A stretch of 61,962 nucleotides of DNA, counting the filler, from Choristocarpus tenellus KU-1152 (lineage: Eukaryota > Protista > Phaeophyceae), in NCBI GenBank assembly GCA_964200185.2. It is 11 parts of 11 records of this genome, joined end to end, with 100 filler letters (N's around TTAATTAATTAA, not from the genome) between each part and the next. Parts side by side here need not be neighbours in the genome. Positions count along the whole stretch, not along the records: positions 26,080 to 42,904 come from CAXNAD020000764.1; positions 43,005 to 46,080 come from CAXNAD020022493.1; positions 46,181 to 53,971 come from CAXNAD020005574.1; 8 more parts are not named here. One strand, written 5' to 3'. A model generated the notes under the pieces. That model was not told the DNA's origin, did not search any database, and saw nothing but the letters and a program-made list of their open reading frames with translations. Below, in pieces: positions 37,201 to 47,810 of the stretch. Position 1 is the first letter of the stretch, and each line of letters starts with the position of its first letter. Both the position numbers and the translations under genes were made by a program.

Positions 37201-40200
37201 ACGAAAATCCCCTGACCAAGAACTCTGCAACTATGAAAGCTATGCACTCTCTCTTGGGTAGACAAGTGTAAAGTGTTACAACCCAAAGAAAACAGGGAGT
37301 CAAATGCCCAGCGGAAATTTGGTGGCTTTGCTCTTGGCAGTGATGCCGAAGCGCGATAAGCAACTCCTGATTGGCTCGTTGTCTGTATTTCTGTTCTTAT
37401 CTCTGTGTTGTATTGGAGAATAGCATGGAATAATCACTCAAGCATTGAAGTACTTGGTAGTGTACTTTGTGGTAATCCTATGATGCAAATTTGGTGTGTT
37501 TAAGTAGAGGCAATATCAAGCGGAACCTTTGAATAGTTCTGTACAGGTTCTCCTCGTTTGCATAAATGACGATGATATTGTGTGACTGACTTTGGAGTCT
37601 GACAAACCTTGCATGCTTGCAGTAAAAAAAAAAAACTTGCATTAAAAAAAGCATGTTTCGGTGCATGCCCCAAGACTCTGGGTGTGGGTACATAGGTGCT
37701 CTCAGGACATGAGATCAGCCAATTGATCAACTTCAAGTCACTCACAAAACTCCAAGAATTATGAGGGTACCTGCGGGCTTTCCCACAGAGATGCTTCACC
37801 ATTTTGAGTGTTTGCTGCTTTTGTCATGTCTTAAACATCACGATGATATTGTGATTGACAATCCTACTGCTGTTGTATGCTTTAAATGCCAGTGTCATTT
37901 CTATGGCGAATACAGTATTGATCTATTCGTAGCCCTGTGGAGTGCGCCCATTCTTGTGCCACATTCCCTCTGGCATGGAAAAAACGACCCTTCTCACCTA
38001 CAATCCCCTCCCCCCGCTCAGCTTGCTGAAAAGATCACGAGTGCGACAGGAGAACCCGGATTCTACTTCCCCGGAGGATGGGACGAGGAACTGAAACTTA
38101 GCATGATGATTGGGCGTAACTGGGGTGCCACCCTCTATGCTAAGGTTTGGCATCCTTCCCGGCCCTGGTTTTGTGTTGAAGTGCCCTCATTGTTTTGTGA
38201 GAGGGGACTTTGTCAAGTTGTCAAGGTATCATAAATGTATTACACTGTGCCTACAAGCGTCAAGTGGTCATATTTTTTTGTGTCATCAAAGTACTGCTAA
38301 TGTCATGTTACTGCAGAAGTGATGCTTCATTCCCCTACTTCATTGTGCTCTTTTTTGTATTACTTGTAATATATGTTACCCCTTCACACAGCTGCACCTG
38401 TTCCTTCGATGTAGCAAAGCAAAGGAACTGTAATGCAAAAGTGTGGATTACTGACATCTGCTCAACAATCACATGCAAATTCGCATGTGTTAAATAAGAC
38501 AAAAAGTAAATGGGTGCAGTAAGTGGGAGAAAGAAGTTTGTTTGTCAGGCAGTCACCTCTACTCAAACTCATCTCTATCAACATTGATATCCCCCCGCCT
38601 TCCCCTACCCGAATAAAACCTACCGTTGGCTTGAGGAAGGATGATGTAAATGAAGACATCAAGAGGTCCGCACTTCAAGATGATGGCAAGTTTGCTGTTG
38701 CTATATCAAGCATCATGCTGCCCATGCTCACGAAAGGTGTTCTGGTAAGTCCCTCATGATTGTTTTTTGCTTTGTTCAATGAGCGTAGTCCATAGTAATG
38801 AGTCAAAGTATCTTAAAGGGTAGAGCCATGCCCGTTTGGGGGCTAAAATCCAATGTCGTGATTTGATGTAATTTTGGCTATCATGTTTGTTAGGAAGTTT
38901 CGATATCCTTGTTCTGGGCAGACCTTTTCGAAACGTACACATTTTACCTACTCCAAAAAATTTCAGAGTAGGTAAAATATCGTTAAAAACCCATGGGAAG
39001 CCAAGCCCCAAACGGACAAACACGGCAAAATTCTTAACCTCTAAGATACTTTCACTCTAATGTATGCTCACACCGGAAGCTTTACATGCTTACACCTGTT
39101 GTGAGCTCCCTACACCTTTCCCCTGGCTATTGAAAACAACGCCAAAATCCCTGTCTAACATGCAAATGGCCTTCCAAAATACAGCACGACAATAGCTACT
39201 GCATGGGATGACATGTGTGCATTGATCTCAATCACTCTTGTTTCTCCAGTTCAGATTTGAACTCAACCACGTTTTGCACTCGTATATGATATTCTTGGAT
39301 CTTTGATGTTTGCTCAAGCATAACAACTTTTGCATATCCCAACTATTGTACTACTAAAAGTGTCCGAAATAGATTCCCTTTATGAGCAGCAACACTACTG
39401 TCTGGATCAAGCATTCCACGAAATTTTGCTCACCTGATCTTGACTCTTTTTTCTGCCATCTATTGCACACAGGGTCCTTCTGATGGTTTTATACCTACAC
39501 ACTCCAGGGAGTTTGACACGTGGAACAACAGTGATCTCATCTTAGATCCAACCCAAGCTACATCCAACTTTTGTTGTCGGGACATCAATCTTGAGAAGGT
39601 GATGCAAAATGATAGAAAAAGAAACTTCTTTCTGTTGCGATTTCTTTTTTCAAGATTTGAAAGGGGGATTTCGAGTGTGCATATGTTGGTGTTGTTGAAA
39701 CCAGGGGGGGAATCATAGGGTCCTTGTTAGGTGTCAAAAGCGTGAATATATTATGTTATGCCAGGTTCATTTGAGACCTATCCGATACATCTAGAAACCA
39801 TTTGAAGTGTGATGGGTTGGTACTTAGAATTGTGTTTTTTCCCCTTATGGTTGGTTGGACCTGACTGGCCTTCAAATGTGGAAGAAGTAGGGGTAGACAT
39901 CCCTTTCCTCTTCCTTGGGCATTCTCCCATTCTTTCAACTTTTGTCCTTGACCGTCCCTCATCCTCTCTGTCCTGCTTATATATTTTATTTCCAGGACTC
40001 TGTCGTCGGTATGTCCATCCTTCCACCATCGTTCTTCAATGAGTGGGAGGCAGCTAACCAAACAGAGATGAAAATGGCTTTTCTTCCAGGGTGAGATTTC
40101 GCACCACGTTTCCAGCGTCAGTGTCAATCATAGGACAAGATGGGATAGGTACTGAGTGTATGCAGGTAGTATTTCTTAGTTGTACTTTGTGGAATTGTTG

Positions 40201-42548
40201 CGAAGATTGCGCTATGTACTCAAGTGTTGAATGTTGTTCAGTACATTATGTTTGTTCATAATTATGAATTGGCTCTTTAGCAGTGCTACTGGAGGTCATT
40301 GGTCAGTTGGACTCCGGTCAACTATTCTGTACAATTATGTTGTGAACACCTTGCAACAAGAAAGGAATATAAGCCAAAACCGACCGAAACACAAGTCAAC
40401 ACCAGTCCTTGAATTCTTCTTGATAGTACAAAGAGATGGAGACAAAGTCTCCCCCAACTACAACGACCAAAACCAATCCAAACTCCATCTGTTTCCGTGT
40501 TAATCCTGTCGATATGGAGTCACTCTTGAACCCATTATTATTGTAACAATTTTCAGAACATCTCTGTTGACGTTTTCTGTCTTGGTGGTACCTTCTGAAA
40601 CACCCCAGTCGGGATTCTTTCCTTGGTGGATCGGGTCTTTTCATTCCTGAGCGTACGACCACAAGGCAGCGGGATTTAGGGTGGTCTCTCCTAAAGAGCA
40701 TGGTAAACATGGCTACAGAGTATGGATTGGTGGTAAGGTCACCACCACCATTTGAGGTAAGTGTTTGCTATGGTAGGTTAGTACGAAATGTTGCCCCAAC
40801 TCCACCTATTTGTGAGGTACTCTGTCATAGGACTAAGGATTTTCAACTGGCTCAGATTACTGGACAAGTTGCTGACTCCATATTTTGTCTCCTTGTCTGG
40901 ACTTTGTATTAACCGCTTTTTCAGTCTACAATTAGAATGACACACAAGTGGGCCTGTTATTTGGACGTCTAATAGGGATGTACAGGTTCTACAGGATTTA
41001 TCCAAAACACATCAACTTTACCCTTATCCTGTGCTTCTGCCCCCCTCATTACCTTTTTCTGATTTTATTTTAATCAACAGAACAAGCTGCTGGAAGAGCC
41101 CTGGATCTCAGATGCGTGGGCCACCTCGATCACTCAACTCAGAGCTTCTGTCCCCCCTCAGTGTGAGCCGAGAAAGAAACTAATTACTGCTGCAATAGCT
41201 TTAGCAGATGACGTTTTCTAGAGCTCCGAGTTATAGAATTTGGTACCGTTCAGACCTAGTCAAGCTCAATTCATTTTTCGTCAATCACAGCAGTCACAAG
41301 CTCTTGAGGAAATACAAAACATGAGAATTACCCCCCAACTGACCACGACTCCCTCTCTTCTCCTAACCTTTGGGAACCTTAATCAATTCCCCCATTGCAG
41401 ACCCAGAGCCATCCTTCTCTGAAATGGGTGAGATTGAGAGTGTCAAGCCTTTTAGGCTCATGTGGATGGAGGTAAGACTAGCCGCAGGAAATTGCCAGTG
41501 CTAGAGTAATTTGTTTTTGGAGTACGGGAGGTCAGAAACCATTGAGTACATCTTGTATCAAGTGGAACAATCACTAGAGTTTGTACAGAGTATGGTAATG
41601 CTATGGCAACAAGAGTTTTTTGTTCAAAACATTGAATCAGATGGACAAAGTCTTGCCATGGGAGTGCAATGTTTTTGACTATAATCTTTTCTTATCTGTA
41701 TGTGAAATACGACAGGGGGGTAGAAGCCTCCCGTTGGTTGTACTTTCAAGAGTGAAATTTTTGTCAAACGCAAAATGTGGAGACTTGAAAAAGAGTCAGT
41801 TGTATGACAGAGATAACGCCCTCTAATCACATCCTATCCCAATTTCATCAGATGAAATACAAGAGCGTGAGTGTAGATATTGGAGTGAACCGTACGTCAG
41901 CCATCCTGGACAATATATTTGAGCCTGAGTGAGTGCCATGCCAAGGTTGACATTGACCATACTTACGCTAGGATCTCCACTGTTCATCTCCCCACTACAT
42001 TATACTTGCATGGATTTCTCCGTCCTATTCCACTCTGCTGTGACGTCTACAAATACCTCATATACAAACTTCCTCTAAACGTTTCTTGACCAACACAACC
42101 TGTGATCCACACGTAAGACCCTCAGTGCACATGCAGAAGGTGCTCTGTGCATTTGGCTTCTGCTCCATCACACAAGAGTATGTTTTGCCTCCATTGTTTC
42201 TGTTCATGCTCGCCTCCTTCACCATACTTTTGCAGTGAAACATCTTTGCATTATTAGTTTATTTCCTCCGTCTGGTCCTGTGATATTATGGACTAGAGTA
42301 CAACTTCTCGTTGCCACTCCACATGGAAGAAAACAATGATAAACAAAGTAGGCTCGAGTATTTAAATATACGTGCCAATAAGCACATTCCATCCCCTTCT
42401 CCCTTCTGTGTTGATTGCTCCATTAAGTTGCCTGGAGGGTATCAGTAATTTGGCATGTGTTCCATGCAAGCCAGAGAGTTTCCACTTCAATATCTCTTCC
42501 TGCGAGTCAGCCACCCAAAGGCGGCTAGTGACATTCTACATTGACGAG
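34201..42548 (+). CDS. Extracellular solute-binding protein (family 1, periplasmic-binding type II) with Cys-rich linker; probable class C GPCR-like receptor; 3' end beyond contig
   Basis: 15 GT-AG exons splice in frame (1563 nt): 34201-34297, 34404-34504, 35404-35538, 35931-36023, 36496-36602, 36741-36822, 38022-38144, 38640-38744, 39473-39598, 39996-40090, 40609-40756, 41081-41162, 41401-41471, 41852-41928, 42428-42548. Motifs: CPALVMIGTTQVA, WIAVPLVSDIRVLAFNKTTFDSLGLEYPP, WTWEVFAELAEKIT, FLGGSGLFIP..GWSLLKSM. Confidence 0.85.
34582..34757. mobile_element. MITE family B copy in an intron
   Basis: GGCTCAATGTATCTGGGGG ... CACAGATACTTTGGACC; flanks TTCA/TTAA (imperfect 4-bp TSD). Confidence 0.75.
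38800..39057. mobile_element. MITE family A copy in an intron, TSD TAAT
   Basis: GAGTCAAAGTATCTTAAAGGG ... CTCTAAGATACTTTCACTC; TAAT on both sides. Confidence 0.92.
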
Positions 42549-42830
42549 GTGAGCTACTTGTTAGAGAACCTAAGCTTTAGTCTAACACTGATGTCGGGAT
42601 ATTTCTTCTGTTCTAAGTAGTATACGGTCAGGGATGCATACCTCAGTCACTAGCCCTTCGGTTTGTGCATCGCTCTATTTCCATGCTGTTCCAATGCAAC
42701 CTAGAAAATCGTGACCTGTTTAACTAACCTGCTCATGCCATTCAATTACACACAGCTCTTCTGTGAACTGCAACACCCATCCATATTTCCCAAGACTATC
42801 AGGCAGAAGTCAAGTTCATGTCACAGCACT

Positions 42831-42904
42831 GAATGAAAGTATCGTAGAGGGTACAAGTTTTGCCCTGTTTGTCCATTTGGGGCTTGGCTTCCCATGGGTT
42901 CTTT
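42831..42904. mobile_element. MITE family A end at contig break
   Basis: GAATGAAAGTATCGTAGAGGGTACAAGTTTTGCCCTGTTTGTCC. Confidence 0.85.
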
Positions 42905-43144
42905 NNNNNNNNNNNNNNNNNNNNNNNNNNNNNNNNNNNNNNNNNNNNTTAATTAATTAANNNNNNNNNNNNNNNNNNNNNNNNNNNNNNNNNNNNNNNN
43001 NNNNGCGCCGGTCGCTGAAGCGTCATTGGTAGAAAACTCCAGCGCATCATTGTTGGCGGGCTGATGAGGGGGCAACACAGGGGGCGGTGCAGGCGACAAA
43101 AGCCACCCCCTTGCTGTGGGAGCGACTGTCATGGTGTTTTCGGG

Positions 43145-44210
43145 TAACAGGCGGTCTTGGGCAGTGAGAAGGTCTAGGAGTGAATTGAATTCGAAGCTGG
43201 GCGTACAATGTTTGAGTTTGAAGAGACCCGTCGGACCAAATAAATTCCGTGTTCTGGAAAACGCGTTTATTTTCGCTGTGATGAAATAAAAACTAGATTC
43301 TAATCTGGTCTCAGGCAACAGTCGGTCTTGGGCACGATAGAATTGAATTCGAAGCTGGGCGTATAAACAATGTTTGAGCTTCGGGCGATCCATGGGACCA
43401 CCCTGAGATCCATGATCCGGAAAACACGTGCATTATGGTTTTTAGAAATTAAAAAATCGATTATATTCGTAATTTCAATTTTTTTAAATACAAAGCACAT
43501 ACTTAATTGATCTTGTAGGTTTCCAATGTTCCGAAACCAAAAGGTAAAAAAAAACTGAGACCCTCTAATTGTTTCAAGTACAAAATCTTATATTGTTCGA
43601 CATTTGTATATTTATAAATACAAATGTCGACAAAAAGCGGTTTTTGAGTTTCGGGCAATCCGTCGGACCATCCGAAACCCTTGAATCGCCAAAACACGTG
43701 CATTAGGATTTTTAGAATAGTAAATCTGATTATATCCGTTCTTACAATTTTTTAAAATAAAAAGCACGTACTCTATTGGTCTTACACGTTTCCAATGTTC
43801 CGAAACTAAAAGATCACAAAAAACTGGTACCCTATAATTTTTTTAAAATACTAAAACCGCTTTTTGTCGACATTTGTATTTTTAATAATACAAAAGTCGA
43901 CAAAAAGCGGTCTTTGAGTTTCGGGCGATCCGTCGGACCACCCGAAACCCTTGAACCGCCAAAACACGTGCATTAGGGTTTTTATGAAATGATAAAAATA
44001 TTGTATTATTAATATCAACAAATACGAATACAAACCACATACTTCATTGATCTGATACGTTTGAAACGTTCCGGAACGAAAAGGTCACAAAAAACTGATA
44101 CTCTCTATCTGTTTTAAATATGAAATCGTATACTGTTCGATATTCGCATTTTTTACAACACAATTATCAACGGAAAGAGAAATCTGAGTTCTTTGGGGAC
44201 CGACCGACCA
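43145..44210. repeat. Tandem arrays: ~171-bp unit x2, then 270-bp unit x3
   Basis: CGGTCTTGGGCA at 43152 and 43323; AAAACACGTGCATTA at 43421, 43691 and 43961. Confidence 0.85.
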
Positions 44211-44326
44211 AATGAAATAAAGCAGCACCTCCCAGCCCTCACTACTCATTTCCATTCCTTCCCTTCTGCACATACCACCAGCAGCTCTTACTGATCTATC
44301 CCCGTCACCCCCTCCCAATCTTCGCC

Positions 44327-45160
44327 ATGTCCAACATTCGCTCAACAACGACCCCCCTGCCTGCCAATGGCGCTGCCCACAGATCGAGAGCGTCGTACAG
44401 CAATGCCAAGGGCATGTCCTCACTCCTCAAACATCACTACCTCGGCACGTACAAGATGAAACTCGGCAACATCACATGCACGGAGATGGTGCGTCCCCTG
44501 AGCGAGCGTGGCCTTGCGCGCGTCAGCAAGTTCATCCATGAAAAAGGCTGGCTCGAGCAGTTTGCTCCGTCCGTCGTCATCCAACAAGACTGCTTAGGCA
44601 ACGGGGACCAGCTCACTGCTGACACTGCGCTTGCCGTTCAAGGACGAACACTGGACGGAAACCATAGAATAACGGTGTTGAAGAGAGAGTTTGATCCTGA
44701 ACGTGCTTTCATGATGTGGGTCTACATGGAGCTCAACCAAGCAGAAGAGAGGCTAGTTGCCAACGGTGGGTGATGGAGTGTTGTTGTTGCTCCATGATCG
44801 CCTGATGACTCTTCTGATCTACCAAGTTGTTGCCGTGTTTCCTTCGTTTGGTTCATCGTCAGTCAGCCCGTTGTTGATCTTTTCGTTGTTCTTTTTTTTC
44901 CCTCGTGGTATTTCTGTTGGCAGCAACAAGTTGCTCACTACTGCCTGCCGTGTGTGTCCCGCGACCGCTTCCCACCTACCCCTTGCCCCGTTCGCCCACT
45001 GCACCGCCACGCTTATAGCATTCAACGACACGACCGAGAGTGTGGTTGAGCGCACGCTGTACGATAAGGTATATTTTCAGCATGAGCTCGAAGAATCTAT
45101 CAAGCGACAGACGAAGAAAAAGAAGTGTCACTAGCAGAGATCCGCAAAATGTACAAAAAG
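44327..45160 (+). CDS. ParB/Sulfiredoxin-like N-terminal domain protein; exons 44327-44765 and 45019-45160; possibly a pseudogene
   Basis: VRPLSERGL..IHEKGW..PSVV..LDGNHRITVL. The GT-AG intron is in frame (ANAFNDTTES). Apparent frameshift in the A-rich tract near 45120-45130. Confidence 0.6.
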
Positions 45161-45656
45161 GTGAGGGAGTTGTCAACGTTAGTGGGATGGTGGCGCTCTA
45201 CTCCTCCTGTTGGGTTACAGCTGTTTTGAAATCTCTCTGTGTCCTCCCATTCAACCTAAGTTGAGGTAGTGATCCCGCGTTTAGCAACCCTGTCAACCAA
45301 ATTCTTGAGTTTCGGGTGACCATGTAGTATGTGTGTGTGCAAAATCATAGACGAAGTGAACAGGTTTTTCTTTCAGCACTAGGTAAGCCAGGCCGCTGAG
45401 TATCATACCACCTCCCCCCCCCCCCCCCCCCCCCCAAGCGCCCCCCCGTCCCGCGCCCGCCTCGCGTTGGTTCCATTATNNNNNNNNNNGTTGATGGCTT
45501 TTTCTTTAATCACTAGGGAAGCCATGCCGCTGGCTCTCCTTCCCCCTCCCCCCCCCCCTCCCCCAGGTAAGGTCCACTCCTTGTCCGGACCATTGCGGTG
45601 TTGCCTGAATTAATAAACACACAATGCGTCATTTCGTGAACCAAACCCTCTCCTTC

Positions 45657-45915
45657 GAGTGAAAGTATCTTAGAGGGCACGACTTTTGCCCTGTTTGTCC
45701 ATTTGGGGCTGGGCTTCCCATGTTTTTTTTTGTGACGTATTCCTACTCGAAAATGTTTAGGAGTAGGTAAAATATATACATTATGGAAAGGTGTGTCCGG
45801 AACAAGGATATTGACACTTCCTAACAAACATAATAACCAAAATTTCATCAAAATTGCAACATTGGATTTTGGCCCCCAAATGGACGCGGCCCTACCCTCT
45901 AAGATACTTTGGCTC
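45657..45915. mobile_element. MITE family A copy
   Basis: GAGTGAAAGTATCTTAGAGGG ... CCCTCTAAGATACTTTGGCTC; the flanking CTTC(G) duplication overlaps a terminal base. Confidence 0.9.
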
Positions 45916-46726
45916 TTCGTGGGCAACCACATGCTGTGTCTGTGTTGTATACACTCGAACAATAAAAAGCGTTTTTGTTTGTTTATCGTTAGGCCAGGCC
46001 ACTGAAGAACACCCCCCCCCCACCCAAACATACCCCGCTGGCGTGGTAATAACCATGCCTCATCCTGGCTGGGTGGGTGCNNNNNNNNNNNNNNNNNNNN
46101 NNNNNNNNNNNNNNNNNNNNNNNNTTAATTAATTAANNNNNNNNNNNNNNNNNNNNNNNNNNNNNNNNNNNNNNNNNNNNGGGTGGTGGGGGGGAGGGGG
46201 GATGTGTTATTGTTAGTAGGAAGATTTTACTGTGGAATCGGCAATTGGAGGGGGGGTGGGAGGGATTTATGATGCTTGGGCTTTGGGGTTTTGTTTGTGA
46301 ATGCCTTCAGAGTGTGTGGCAACGTGTGTGTTTGCAGTCTGGGTTATATGACATTTTTTTTATTTGTGTAGTTGGTTTTGCAAGGGGGAACTTGGATTGT
46401 TTTGTACTCTGGTATTTATCTGAAAAAGATACACAGGCTTCCTGCTATGATATGCCCAACAGGTGAGGGAAGAGGTGAATGCATTTTTGTTTCTATTTCA
46501 AAAAAATTCTTGGTGTTCTTGTGTTGACAGATTTTGTTTCTTGTTTGGCACTTGCACCTGTCAGGGGTACAATGCACACCATGGCAGAGCTATCTCCCCT
46601 CTCCCCAATCACAACTTTGGTCTTGCCTCCTCTCTTATGTTTATTTATTTATATATATATATATAAACCTCTCTTCCACCCTAACCCACAATCTGTGCCC
46701 CAATCAAAATGTGTTGTCTTTGGCAG

Positions 46727-47747
46727 CCCCCCTTGGGGGGAGTGTATCAAGCAGGAAGGCAGAAAAAGGTATTCCTCGAGCAGCGATAGCCCTGTTCGGA
46801 CAGGAGCTCAGCAGGCACAGTATGTTCAAAACATGCAGTTAACTGATATTTCCAGAAGACAGGTTGGTGGCCAGAGTAGCATCTCTTTGATGTCAGGTGG
46901 TGCTCCTGGAGTGGTTCATGAGTGCACTCCCTCTAGCTCTTCCAGCAACAGCCTGGGGACAGTTGGAAGTACTGGAGGGGTGACATTGTTGGAAAGATCC
47001 CCACAGGGTCATCAAAGGTGAGCCTTAAAGATTTTTGAATCCGTAACATTTTTTTTTTTTCAGCTGGTTGTTATCACAATAGTGTTAGGATTTGTACTGT
47101 ACCTGCACTAAAAGGAGACCAGGGGTAAAGAGAAGTTAAGGGTTGGTCTTGATTTTGTGATAGAGCTGCCTTCGTAAGGCCTTGCACCAGGCCAGTAAAT
47201 TTAAATGTTGCCCTTTGAAGGCCGGGCCAGTCCTGTAATCTTCTGACATGTCTGGACCATGTCCGCTGGCCAGTTCAACCTTCTTCTCTGGCTTGTCTGG
47301 ACCGTGCTATATATGTGTTGGGTTAGTTAGTCCAACTCTTCAGTTTGTATGTGTTGGGTTAGTTGGTCCAACCCTTCAGTTTTTATGTGTTGGGTTGGTT
47401 AGTCCAACTCTTCAGTTTGTATGGTGAGGATATCCCTAGGATATATTCAGTTTGCCATCAACTGTTTGGACATGGTGTCCACGGGCATCAACTGTAATGC
47501 TGGCGGTGGACATGCTAATTGCGAATCCAGCAGAAAAATCATTTGAATTTATTTTGAATTAGAAAAATCATTTGAATTTATATTGAATTAGAAAAGTCAT
47601 TTGAATTTATGTTGAATTAGAAAAGTCATTTGAAAATCTATTGAACCGGAGAAGAAGTCATTTGAAGAAGCACATACAGTGCATCAAGCATCCTACACTG
47701 TAGAGTCAGTTGTTGCCTGTAAGGTTGGCCAAACTGACTGCAATCGT

Positions 47748-47810
<63 letters not shown>

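Noticed and set aside
34201-42548. Bacterial contamination as the source of the SBP-like sequence
   Set aside because: The gene has 14 spliceosomal introns, some containing host MITEs, so it is resident nuclear DNA.
47312-47635. 29-35-bp repeats as a CRISPR array
   Set aside because: Head-to-tail units with no unique spacers, located in a eukaryotic intron; no cas genes.
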